A DNA stretch of 58,768 nucleotides from Chara braunii (Eukaryota; Plantae; Charophyceae), in NCBI GenBank assembly GCA_003427395.1, contig BFEA01000017.1, positions 1,976,342-2,035,109 of the forward strand, in the 5' to 3' direction. This document shows positions 37,938-49,800 of this stretch, piece by piece. The number at the start of each line of letters is the position of its first letter. Within the stretch, counting starts at the first letter, position 1. The notes beneath the pieces are model-generated. The model was not told the DNA's origin. It ran no database searches and was given only the letters and a program-made list of their open reading frames with translations. The position numbers were made by a program, and so were the translations under genes.

Positions 37938-38451
37938 AACCAGAACTGGGATTGTGGGGTGGGACGACCTGGGTTTATTTGCCCAAATTGAACAAGGACC
38001 AGACATAGGAGAGGACAAGTACCGTTACTGGGTCCTGGCCACAGCGCCGACTATGGGCCGGCCGAGAATTAGGACAAGAACCGGAAAGTTCCAGAAATCT
38101 TTTTACCGAGTTCCAGGTTCTGGTAGTCCGCAGTCCGGGTCTGTCGAAAAAAAAGCAGAAGACACGGGTTGGGAAGCGGGATTAGCTGTTAGTAGTATTA
38201 ATAGTGGTTAAACTTTTTGTCTTGTAGCGGATGGGTGTGTGGAGTGGGGGCCGTAGGGCCAGGGAGAGAGGGTAAGGGCCGCACCGATAATAGCATGAGC
38301 GTACACGATATTGGTCACGAGTTTCTCGGCTACAGGCTATGTTTTTTCTTTCGATCGCTAAGTTTTACAACGTTTGTTTTTTCAAGTGTTTGTTGTCCTG
38401 GCATAGTGTGCTACATGCATGGTATGCACGTGTGATGTTGTTTTTCAATGC
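37938..38451 (+). repeat. 5' pseudo-LTR of the Penelope-like element
   Basis: Direct repeat of 51974-52159 plus 53197-53560; lacks TG..CA ends. Confidence 0.9.
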
Positions 38452-38636
38452 TTTACACTGGTCTCGTAACCTGCTTGGAACTATACCTGGAGAGGGTGGC
38501 AGAAGTATTTGCTGAAGTATTCCAAAGTATTCGAAGGAATTGGAGAGTATATAGAGAACGGAGGTTGTCCATGAAGGAGAGGACGAAGGAGAACGAAGAT
38601 TAAGAATAGTGAGAAAGTTTTTTGTTGCTGATAAAG

Positions 38637-39865
38637 ATGAGTCAATCTAGCGGCTCAGGGGGAACAGGTGGAATGGGCGGAAGTAGTGGACAACCACCGA
38701 TACCACAGAGAATTCAACCCATGTTGGGAAAGATGTGTTTCAAATGTGGTGAAGCCGACCACTTTGCAAATGTATGCGAAGAGTGTCAGGACGCCAAGGC
38801 AAGAGGGGTGAAGTTCATTCCGCCGCCGCCGAGACCAAGATTGGGAAGAACAACAACGGTGAGTGGCGAACGACCAAGGAGCCTTTCGGCCGAGAGTTTG
38901 GCAAATCGGTCGGAGACAACGTACACGGATAAATTGATGCGGGAATATTTAACGGAATTGGTCGAAGAATGGGGGGCGAGAAAGGAACAGGAAGCAAGGG
39001 AGCATGAAGAGAGGCAGGCAGAAGAAGCACGTATGGAGAAAGAGAAGAGAAGATTGGAACGTCTTGAGGAAAGGAAGAAATATGAAGATGAGCGGGTTGC
39101 AAGGTTGCTACGTTGAGTTCGTGGAGAATGGGGAAGGGGGGTGCGAGGCAACAGCGAGAAACAAGAGAAAAAGAAAAGAGGAAAAGAAAGAGTCAACGAA
39201 AGAGGAGAGACAGTTGAGGAAGAGAAGGAGAGGTTAATAAAAAAAATCGCGATGCAACCAAACTCGAAAAAAGAGAAAGACAACGAGTTGCTGCTGTTAC
39301 GAAGGCGAGCAGCGAGGATTTACATTCATGACAAATGACGAAGAGACACAGAGAGCAAGATGGATAGCAGTTCGCCGATGACTACACCAAAGAAAGGACA
39401 GAGAGTGGGTCTGATGACGGACACAAGGGGAGGAAGAATCAGATTGGGAACAAAGGCAAAGGAAAAGATAGGGGAGATCCGGGGCCCCGAGGCACTGAGT
39501 CAGGAAGAGCAGCGTCGACCTCAGTGATACTTGCACCAGTTGGCAAGCTGTCATTGAGCATGAAGCACGTTATGCCGGGGAGCGGACCTGGCGATCGGGA
39601 AAGATATGAGGCCGAATGCAGAGACTTGTTTGAAGCCTTGAGCGTAGATGAATTGAAAGAGGTGTGCAAGAGCGACAAGATTAGCTACGCCAACAGAGAT
39701 ATTGTAGTCAAGCAACTGGTAACAACGCGGCTGCTCAAAGCATATGATCCGATTAACGTACCTCTGCCAGATTCACCGAAAGAAACACCGAAGGTGCCGA
39801 GATCTGCAAGGTCAGCATGAATCAAGCAAACAGTGGAGGTCACTGACGAGGAGGTATCCGAATGA
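38637..39865 (+). pseudogene. PLE ORF1: Gag-like CCHC knuckle, charged coiled-coil, SAP/HeH-like C-terminus
   Basis: CFKCGEADHFANVC; E/R/K-rich helix; LSVDELKEVCK...IVVKQL; in-frame stops and a frameshift. Confidence 0.75.
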
Positions 39866-39889
39866 TGTGTCGGGCGCGTGTGGAGATAA

Positions 39890-40571
39890 ATCAACGTACT
39901 TCGAAGCCTAAGATTAAAGATCGGCTGTAATGATGAAGCGTCCGAAAACAGATTGCGAGCGAGAGTGATCGAATTAGTGCTGCGTGGTGAAGTGTCGTGG
40001 TGTGAGAAGCTGTTGGATTACTGGCGAGACGCGTGTTCGAGTGATGTTATAGAATTGACGAGACCAGTGGGATGTGTCTACGCGTTAGTATCTCCATGGT
40101 ACAAACAAACTTATATTGGCATGACGGAGCGGATGTTGAATGCAAGATGGAAAGAGCACGTGGCGTGTGGACAGAAGAAGGGAAGGCGAGAAGAAAGAAT
40201 AAGGAATCTGTATAAATGGATGAAGAAGGTTGGAGTTCAGAACTATGTGGCAATTCCGTTGTATTTTCACAAGGATAGACAGGAGCTGAAAGTGGTGGAG
40301 AGATTGCTGATAAGAACGTGGTCCCCATCATTTAACACGAAAGTAAAAAAACAGAGGACAAAGAGCAGACGAAGACGAGGAAAGAAAGAACAGAGAAGAG
40401 ATCAGGGGAACGAGGGGACTAGGGTGGCCCCGGATAAGAAGACCGGGGAATTGGCGACTTCGAAGATCCTAGCCATGAAAACGGAAGATGGAAGCGAAGC
40501 GACTGTACGATTGGTCCACTTATTTCAGAAGCTGGAAAACGCCGGGAAAGGGAAGGAAGATAGGCTGCTAA
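39890..40571 (+). pseudogene. PLE ORF2 part 1: GIY-YIG endonuclease
   Basis: GCVYALVSPWYKQTYIGMT...RWKEH...ERLLIRTWSPSFN: GIY/YIG pair plus conserved R, H, E and N. Confidence 0.88.
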
Positions 40572-40965
40572 CTGTGTATCTTTTTAACGGAGAACGGGGG
40601 AATTAAACTCCCGTTGAATCCCGTTAAATTAAAAAAAATCTCATTGAATTCACGTTAAACTTGAAAATGGGCCGCTCCCGTGCTTTTCGGAAAAACGGAA
40701 TTGATGCGTGGGATCCGAAACACGTGGCCCTACAAAAAAAAAAAAAAAAAACCTCCTACCCTTGAAGCATCTCCCATACGCCCCCACATCCCCCAACCCC
40801 CAACGCCCCAGTTATGTGTGTGTAGGTGTGCTGTGTGTTCGTGTATGTGTGTATGTGTGTATGTGTGTATGTGTGTATGTGTGTATGTGTGTGCGCCTGA
40901 GAGTGTGGTTGTGCATGAATATGAATGTATGCGTGTATATTTGTGTATTTGTGTATGTGTGTGTT

Positions 40966-41046
<81 letters not shown>

Positions 41047-42351
41047 ATGCATGATTGTTGGCGTGTGTCCATTGTTTCCGTTTTGAGAGATATAGTTTTT
41101 TCCCGTTGAAAACTGAGGGCAGGCGATATGGGTTTGGGTGGGCGATTTGGGTCTGTGTTTTTTTTTTTTTTTTTTCTCTTCTACTGCATCTTCCCATAAA
41201 TACAGTATCCAAGCATTCTGCTGTTTGTTACCAAGTAACGAAATATAGAATGGACTGCCATGCCAAGTTGGCAGGGCTTGCTAAGAAAAGAAAAAAAAAA
41301 AAAAGGTACTTACCTTTGCCATGCATCTGGTAGAACATAGGTAGATACACTGCCAGTAGTTTAGAGCTTGAAATGTCATTTTTTCTGGCCGTGTGTGGGG
41401 CGGCACAACCCTCAGTAGCTTGCTATTCGTTTTTCAGGTTTTTTTCTTTTTCTTTTTTTCCCTCTTGCGATCCAAGAATCTGGGCTCCGTCCAGCGGCCT
41501 AGCTCAGTTGATTAGGCACGCAAGTGGCATTCAGGAGGTTGTGCGTTCAATCCCCGCCTATGGCACTGTCGATAACAACCAACTAAGATAGTAAGTTGGA
41601 TCCTCCCAGTCTGTATCAGTAAGGTCTTCAGCCAACACGGCTGGGAGGCACCTGTTGTCCCTACTATCCTACCTCGATGTGACCAACACTAAGGACCATC
41701 ACCCTTAGGCTACCAGTATTGAGGGCAACTTAGACCACATAGCAGTGACAAGCACCAGGGTTGGGCCAACCTCCCAGCCCTAATAGAAGCAGAGGCGGAC
41801 GAACCATGTCGTACGGGAACTTCGGACGCTAGACTCATGCAATCTGCTACAGAACCAATTTTGTGTGTGTGTGTGTCTTTTTTTCCTTTTTTTATTTGCT
41901 TTTTATGGTTTTGTTTTTTTCAAAAATACACGAAGTTCTAAAAAAACTATATTAAAAAAAAATTGTTGTACATCTTTGACAGATCTACAACCCTATATTT
42001 TTTATTTGTTTTTTTGTTTTTGTCTTAGCCCTTAAAAATCTGTGTGAAACCCAAAAAAAAAACACTCATTTCATTTTAGTTTTTGTTTTTTTCATTGTGT
42101 GTTTATGTTTTTGATTTTTAAAAAATATATTTAAACATAAAAAAATAAAAATAAAAATACAGGGTTGTAGTGCTAAAAAAAAACTACAACCTCAATTTTT
42201 GTATTTTTATTTTTTGGATAATTTTTAGCCCAAGAAAAAAATCATCCCGGACTCAGTTAATTTGCGTCTTGAACGGGAGTTTAACGTGAATTCAACGCCC
42301 GTTGAATTTTTCAACGCAGAACCCCTGTTGAATTCAAAATCGGACACACAG
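40572..42351. mobile_element. Non-autonomous DNA element with CTGTGT termini and 8-bp TSD
   Basis: CTGTGT ... ACACAG; perfect TSD GCTGCTAA (40564-40571, 42352-42359); subterminal CCCGTT/AACGGG and GTTGAAT motifs; removal restores the ORF2 frame. Confidence 0.88.
41482..41860 (+). mobile_element. tRNA-derived SINE
   Basis: A-box TAGCTCAGTTG (41500-41510) and B-box GTTCAATCC (41545-41553); no intact cloverleaf; unique body follows; 3' end approximate. Confidence 0.65.
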
Positions 42352-42359
42352 GCTGCTAA

Positions 42360-42530
42360 GCAACGGTGGGAAGGTGTGGACAAACAATTGGCGAATAGTA
42401 TAGAGACTGTTCGGGGAGAAAAGAGTCTACGTGGGAAAAAGGACCAGACCATTGAGGAAGTGTAAAATGATATTGGAACAAGAAGGATGGGTGAGGGTTC
42501 AAGAAGTGAAGGAGGCATCACCAATAGCGT
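42360..42530 (+). pseudogene. PLE ORF2 part 2
   Basis: In frame with part 1 after excision: SNGGKVWTNNWRIV*RLFGEKRVYVGKRTRPLRKCKMILEQEGWVRVQEVKEASPIA. Confidence 0.8.
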
Positions 42531-45500
42531 TGTCGGCGCGAATACCCTTACAAGGGTATCCGCCCTGTTTTATGCAAGTGGCAGAAAATGAATTTGGTTT
42601 AAAGTTAAGTATACCGCGCTAGGTGCGGCTGTGTCTGTGACTTACGTTGACTGGATGGCTGACTAGAGTAAAGAGTGCGTGGGTGCGCAGGTTTAAGGCG
42701 CGCGTGATTCATCCCCTGATGTTGATTACGAAACCGGCGCGGGCGTCGGTCTGTTTATTTTTATTTTTATCTTTATGTTTTGATTTTTGGGTACTCGTGA
42801 TCAAACTAGGATCTAGGGGATATTTTCTTTCGATGGCTACGCTTGACCGAGTCGAGCGTGTGAGCGGGAGACGACCCCGACGACGGCATCGGCAACGGCG
42901 ACGCAACTTCGACAGGTGAGCGGGGTGTTGTAGGATGGCGCGCAGGGCGATTATGGCATGGTATAAGCGACCGGGCGCGGGCACTGGGAGCCGCGCGGCC
43001 GGTTTGTTGGCCCAAAGCATCGCGCCGCACTGCCTTGTATGGTACTCTGCGGGCGCTGGTTTCAAGCTTGGGCTTAGCCCTATAGGTTACGGCATTGGGT
43101 TGACAACGCGGAAGTCCGGGGATCGAGGCCAGCAGGGCGTCGGCGCAACGACTTCAGTAGAGTGTCGTGGAAGGGACCGATGGGGTTGAGGGCCGCCAGG
43201 GCTATCCCCCTCGGTTTTGTTTTCGGGCGCGCCAGCAGCCCCGCGGTTTTTCCGATACTATTGTTATTTAATTTTATTTTCCCTTTGTGTTTTATTTATC
43301 GTGTCCCGTTCGGGGACGCGAGACGACAATGGGATCACATGAAGTGCATTGTATTCGTGGTGTTGCCTGAGGGGCAATTACAAACTGTCTTCGTGGCTGC
43401 GCCGGAGCCGCGCCCCGTTCTGCCTTGGGGCGCAGTGCCGTGGGGGCGGCTGCTACTCAAAGGCCCATCTCAGTGGGTACACAATGGAACTGTTGAAATA
43501 CAGACCTGTGCTTGAGCCCAAACGATGGAGCTCAATGAGTGGAACCAGTTATTTTGAACTGGCCTGCGCTTGCTTAGGTTCAGAAGGGCCGCGGGGCATT
43601 GCCCCGGTAGAAATCTTTCCGGGCACCGGGTGGCAATCCGCTGTAAGACCGCTGCAGGCTGGGTGTTGGGCGGGGCCAAACAGGCAGGGCCGACCGACGA
43701 ATCTCGAAAGTATAAATCAAGGGGCGGCGCCCGGCCGTCCATCAGTACCTGTGGGAGCCGTGCCGAAGCGCTGCCACAGCGCTTAGTGTAGGAAGGTTGG
43801 CAGTAAAGGGCAGCGCGGGGCATCGGGCAACGAGCATCGATATGGAGTAAGCGGCGCAGCAGGGAAGAACGCGAGAGGTAGGTGGCAGTAGGGCAGACGG
43901 TGGGTGTGGAAGTGGGAGTGAACCCGGACGCGGAAGTGCGTCGGGTACGTACGTGACAGAGGGACGATGGTGGATTGAATGAACCAGGGGGGGGTTCTCG
44001 TCGGGGTGCGTGCAGGGGCATAGAGGGCGACAGTGCAGGAGGAACAGGAGGCAAGCGGGGGGAGTGAACCTGGGCGGCGTTATGCATTGGGTGCGCTCGA
44101 TAGTGGAGCGGTGGACGCCGGGTGCTGAGCCGGTGAGAGAAGGCCGGGGCAGCAGGAGAGGATGGCACAGAGCTGCAGAGTGAGGCAGAGTGGAATGCAG
44201 GCGACGAGGGAGGTGAAGAAAGAAAGAAGCAGAGAAACTCGAATGAACCCGGACGGGTTCCCGCGTCAGGTACGTGCGAAGGAGGGAGGAGAGAAAGTAT
44301 CTATCCCACCCGTTTCTTGATGAAAACGGGTGGGAGAAAGGTCTACTCCAATGTTTTCGTGTAGGGCGAATCTAGATGTGTAGTTAGTTTTAGGAGAGGA
44401 TTAGCGAAAAGAGAGTTAATAAGAAAAAGAGCTGCGCGGAGGTGGCAGAAACGGGCTATGGCAGAAATAGAAGAAAGCGATATTTCGCTCGATTCTTAAC
44501 GAAATCGAGCGAAATAAAGTTGTACACTGTAAGAATCGAGCGAAATAAAGTTGTACACTGTGTTCTTTAGGTGCTGCGAACTAGAATATGATGTTAGTTT
44601 TAGTAGGGGGTCGGTAGATCGGGAGTTAGGAAGGAATAACAGTGCGCAGAGGTGCCCAGAGGAGAGACGGGTAGAAGGGGGGGATGTATTTGGCTATGTA
44701 TCTTTCCATGTTCTAGCGGAAGATTCATTCGTACTTTGTTGCTTAGCCTGACGATGAAAGTAGGGTGAGGCTGGCCAGGCAATAGAGATCTTACTTGTTG
44801 GTCGAGGTGCTCGCGCAGGAGAACGGGGACGATGGGGAAGGGGGTGTTACCTCGTGCTGGTATGAGCGTCGGGGAGGAGTTAGTGAGGTGACGAGGTATT
44901 TAGCCGTTTTTTGTTGTTGTTTTTTGGTAAGTTCATTCTGCAGCTACCCGCCCGAGCAGCCGAAGAAGTTGAAGACAGGGGCTGGGTTGAAGACTTACCC
45001 GCTCAACGGTGCACTGCTCCTCCTGCCGAGGGGAGTGTCACCTCTCTATTTCCTTGCGCAGAAGGCTGAAGAGCAGTGAATACTTCCGTATTTGAACGGA
45101 AGATTCACTTAGTTCCTACTTATGCTACGTTCGAAAGTCTGCGAGAAGGGAGGTAAAGAAGGCTGGAGACTTACCTACTAACCGGGACTCTGTATGTCTC
45201 GTTGATAACTTACCGGCCTGCTGAGTGAGGGGGCGACAGGCAATAAGGTTGAAGCTGCAGGATAACCAATGTGACCAGAGCACGCCTCGCCATTTCTATT
45301 GGAAGTACCGGAGGTCAGGCTCAGGCTGCGAGCGTGAAGGTCCTACCGTGGCTGAAGCATTGCCTAACTGTGTACGACCAAGCTAGCAGGTTGCACGTTA
45401 ACTCTGAATGGCCAACCTGGAAGTAAGGGGGCAACCACGGAGCTTGAAGACTAACTGAGCAGCAGTGCAAGGCTCGTATTACCGATGAGGGTAACGTAAA

Positions 45501-46539
45501 GAATTGTTGGCAAACTGTTATTTGTCTCGATGGTACCGATGGTCGGAGCTAGTGTCGCCGTGCGGTAGCACTCGGACTTGCTGAGTTACTCTGGGATCAC
45601 CTGCGCCTGGACGAGATCGAAACCCGTGTTGGCCAAGGGAGTTGCGGATTGGGCGGCAAAGTTGGAGATTTACCTGTCGGCTGGCGTACCGCTCCTCTCG
45701 TCAGTTGGAAACATCGTTAGGCAACAACGAAGTTATAAGCCTAGCCGCTGACTAATGTGCGGCCTCGTCCGCTGAACGAGCCAGTTGCAAGTGAGTCACG
45801 TCCTGAAGGGTTGCCTGCTGATTGATGAATTGCTCAGCCAGCCGGATGGAGTAGTCAGAGGGGAGTCGTGAGCTTGCGGACTTACTTGTGTAGCCGCAGC
45901 ATTTCGGGTCGCAAATCCTGTAGAGGAGTTTGTGTGTGAAGAGGGGGAGTTATTGCTGCAAATAAGGAGGTCGTCAGGAGGGTATTGACTTTAGATTGAT
46001 CAAGCTTGTTGCATGCGTTTGTTGGCCATCATTGCGGGGCCCTTAGGCGTTTTGAAGGTACCAAGGCCCTCTCCTACGAGACTCAGAGCACCATTCTTGG
46101 ATCTGAGAGTCTCAAATCTATCTCCTTCTGCCCTTTTTTCTCTAAGTCTAGTCTATTGGTGCTGAGAGGAAGGCGGCAGGCGGGATTGCAACCCGTAGGA
46201 CCGCACCAAGACTCTGTGGGGAGTCTACCCACTGATTGCGGGAGCTCTGCCGGGACTCAGGAGGAGTTATGGAGGCAGGGAATTGTCAGATAAACCATTT
46301 CCATTTGTACAACCTACTACCACCCATGTTTTGTTTATCCCCCTGCAGTATGACTGTTGTATGCATGAGGTTGTCCCTGTGGTTTTTGTTTTCTCTTCAA
46401 GACCCAATCAGACTGAATGGAAGGAAAGTGTGAGAGTGAAGCCTAAATTTCTTCTTTATTTTTGTTGAAAGCAGGCAAAGGGATAAACTGGAGGAAGATG
46501 GGAGGAAGGCAGGCTGCATGCGTTTGACCGGGTCAACCA

Positions 46540-47170
46540 AAGCCTGAGCATTGTTTCCATGGTGAATGGCTCAGGGCTGTGTTTATTTGGCTATTTTCTG
46601 AAGGACCAGGCATTGCTTCCATGATGAATGGCCTGTTTGCTCTAGTTAACTCTGGGGGGTTGCCTGATTGAAGGAGTTTGAGTTCTTGTTTATTCTGAGG
46701 GAGGATTCCCGGTCTAAGGCTAAGCATCGTTTCCATGGTGAATGGTTTAGCCTGAAAACCACACACATAAGTTAAACCGAGTATAAAAGGGAAAATACTT
46801 TATATATATATTTGCATGTGAACTGGCAGCTGAGCATTGTTTCCATGGTGAATGGTCCAGCGCTAAGTCATATCATTGAGAAGAGAAAGGGAAAAATACG
46901 AAGTATAAATGGAAAATAGTTTTTGGCAAGCTACACATTATTTCCATGGCGAATGGTTCAGCCCCCTGCCCATATTTGCTTCCTTTTTTTAAAACAAAGT
47001 CAGAGAAATACTAAATTTTGGATATTAAACGGCTCAGGGCGGCTAGGCATTGTTTCTATGGCGAATGGTCTAGTCATATGCTCAAAATAAGAGAGAAGTA
47101 GTTGTGCAACCTGTTCGTGTATATCTTAAAGGCAAGTTGGGCATTGTTTCCATGACGAATGGTCCAGCGC
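46540..47170. repeat. Seven spaced copies of GCATTGTTTCCATGGTGAATGG
   Basis: Copies near 46547, 46610, 46723, 46833, 46935, 47047, 47141. Confidence 0.85.
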
Positions 47171-47369
47171 TATGTCTTATGTAAGTGGGAAATAAGGGTT
47201 CAAGGACTTAAAAGATTCATAAACTATCTATATGGAATGAACTTGGGGCTGGTGAAAGTACCTACCTTTTGTCGTTTGGCTTGCATGCGACTAAGTGAGG
47301 CCACTACTTAGTCTGAGTCTTATATTGATAGGTAGTTGCTTCAGTTGCTCGCTACGCGCTAGAGCTATA

Positions 47370-48030
47370 GGAGTTAGTTTCAATTCCTGCATTTTCTGAG
47401 CTAAGTTTTTTTTACTTAGATCAATTTTCGCATTTTCTGAGATCATTTTTTGTACTTGGCTTTGTATAAAATTTGGGAAGCTACTTTCTCTACAGGAAAC
47501 GCTGCCGAAATTTCTACAAATCCAATGAGTTAGTCAGTTGTTGACTTGCCAAAAGTTCAACTCATCTTTCTTTATATCTGACCTAGTAAAAATATGAAAA
47601 GTCTCATTTTCAAAAGGGAGTGCTGCACAAATTTTTGTTAATTCAGGGAGTTAGACAAAAATTGAACTTTGAGAAGTCGAAGTTATTCTCAAAATTTTGA
47701 TCTTAGCCTTGTATAAATTCTAGAATAACTCTTTTCTAGAGGAAGTGCTGCCGAAATTTCTACAAAATTAAGGAGTTAGTTAAAATTTATCTAAAGTTGA
47801 GCTCGAGCTGTCTTTCGAGTTCATATTTGACTTAGTATAAATCTAGGAAGTCTCCCTTTCTAAAGGGAGTGCTGCCCAAATTTCTGTTATTTCAGGAAGT
47901 TAGACATAATTTTGACTTTCCGGAGTTAGAAATTATTTCTGCTTTCATATCCAGACTTATATAAATTCTGAAAAGGCACATTGCCTACAGGAAGCGCTGC
48001 CGAAATTTTCTTAGTTTAAAGGAGATAGAT
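47370..48030. repeat. About 124-bp degenerate tandem repeat with alternating A/B units
   Basis: GCTGCCGAAATTT-type motif near 47501, 47622, 47747, 47871, 47996. Confidence 0.75.
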
Positions 48031-49800
48031 TATATTTTGACAGGTGGCGATTCTGGCGATCCACCCTGAATAAGGGAGATTTTGCAGTTGGTCTACCTAT
48101 GCTTAGGCACTGGCTTAGAGGTAGACTTAGACTTAGCTTTTAGGGAGATTTTTAGTAAGGATGTGTTATGGAGTTGTATTCTCCATACACTTATGATCTT
48201 AGCTTGGGGATTGGTCTGTCGTGTGTTACAGGTCTTCTTGATCGTTTGATTCAAGATCCGGACGAGATTCAGCTTGATCCCTTGAGGGTCATCTTCTGTT
48301 ATCATTGATAACAGGTCGGTTGCCGATTCGTCGGTTTACGATTCAACTCCAATTCACTCATGCCACTCAACCTAAAGGTTTTAGCCTTATGATTGAACTG
48401 TTTTGTTGTGTTCTCACCCGGACTTTATTTTGAATGGTCATTTAAGGAAAAATACTGAGTATTTTATTTTGAGGAGTTGCACAAGAGTAAGGCTTGTATG
48501 GCTAAAGCGAGGGGTGTGAGTACAGAGAATGGTTGAAGTTGACCCCGTGTAGTGCTTGGTTTGTGTTGGACTTTTGATGTGATTGCAGGTATGTTTGTGG
48601 TTCGGACTCTGGATGTGATTGCGTGCGATTACATACTTATATGACTGAAAGGAGGAACCCCACTGTGACTGTGAGAAGTGATCGTCCTATATAACTAACC
48701 CTTATATATTTATAAGTGCCTTGAGTATTCGAGAGGCCTACTGCCATTGTGTATAAGGGTGAACCGGACTATGGTTTGAGAGAAAAGGAAGACCCTCTGT
48801 TATCCTTTGTTTTCTAGAGTTTTCATGGTTGAAAGTTATCGTCCGTGGCAGCTGTCAAAGTCAAACCCCTTGACTTTTGCCCAGGCCTAGGGAGAACTTA
48901 CCCCTAGGGCCGCAAGAAACGATTGTCACCACAGGTATGAACCTGTGTACCACCCACTGTGCACAGAGTGCAAAAGAGGGTGTGTGGTCTTCAACCGCGC
49001 ATGGCGGTTGTCCAGCGTCGAGAGATTAACCCTCAAGGCGCGTGTCAGCCGACACTTGAATGTCGAATGCGATCCTCGAGATTAACGAGGACCGCATGAG
49101 TATGGGTACTACATAGTACGCCATCGTTGCGACTGCTTGCGCATGTTTGCACTGGTGAGTCAATATGAGTTAGCCCTGCGTCTGCGCGGTTATATACTAA
49201 GTCTCGCGCATGACGCCCATTTGATTTCTGCATCGAAAAGTTATGGTTTGACTACCGAGGGGCTAGGAGCGTTGTCGCGTTGTTTGGGTTGTGTCGTTTC
49301 GTATGCGTATATGTGTTGTTTTGTGTGTATGTGTGTTTGTAAAGTGGAGTGTGCGTGGTGTGTGGGATGCGTCCTAGTCGACCGACGACGAACCGCACTT
49401 GGGACTTCAGCCCCCCATGATGCCGGTTCGTGTGCGGGTCCGATAGAGGCGTATTACCTCGCGTACCCCCTATGCTACAGCGAATGAGAAACACCCTCGG
49501 CTGGTCCACCTCTGCGACTGCAACTGATTAACTCTCGTACTGTGGACTGGTAGCTCAGCGGGGATACGCCCACCGAAGGAAGGTGACAGCTCCCGTAAGG
49601 TGGAGGTAAGTCGTGCCTCGCGTAGGCCCTATCCTGTCGTAGGGGCTCGCGAGAGATATGGCTGGCGCACTCGGCCGGAGCGGCTTGCGGAAGCTCCATC
49701 ATGTATTCACGACGAGGATTGAAACCAACTCCTGCGTGACGCGGCCGGGAGGGTCCCACGCTGCCCTGGTGCGGTGCCGGACCGATGCGCTCGACAACGC

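Larger units (their letters stand above)
42531..49796. mobile_element. 7.27-kb TG..CA insert, probable giant solo LTR (Ty3/Gypsy-like)
   Basis: Termini TGTCG ... CGACA; degenerate 4-bp flanks GCGT/ACGC whose removal restores the frame (SPIALKLKGQL); no gag/pol motifs; TATAAAT at 43711; internal tandem repeats. Confidence 0.7.

Noticed and set aside
41482-41570. Functional tRNA gene
   Set aside because: A and B boxes are present but the acceptor and anticodon stems do not pair; treated as a SINE head.
44502-44561. About 30-bp tandem duplication
   Set aside because: Simple slippage with no further structure.
46540-47170. CRISPR-like spaced 22-24 bp repeats
   Set aside because: Spacer lengths vary from about 40 to 90 bp, repeats are degenerate, there are no cas genes, and the context is a eukaryotic LTR-like insert.
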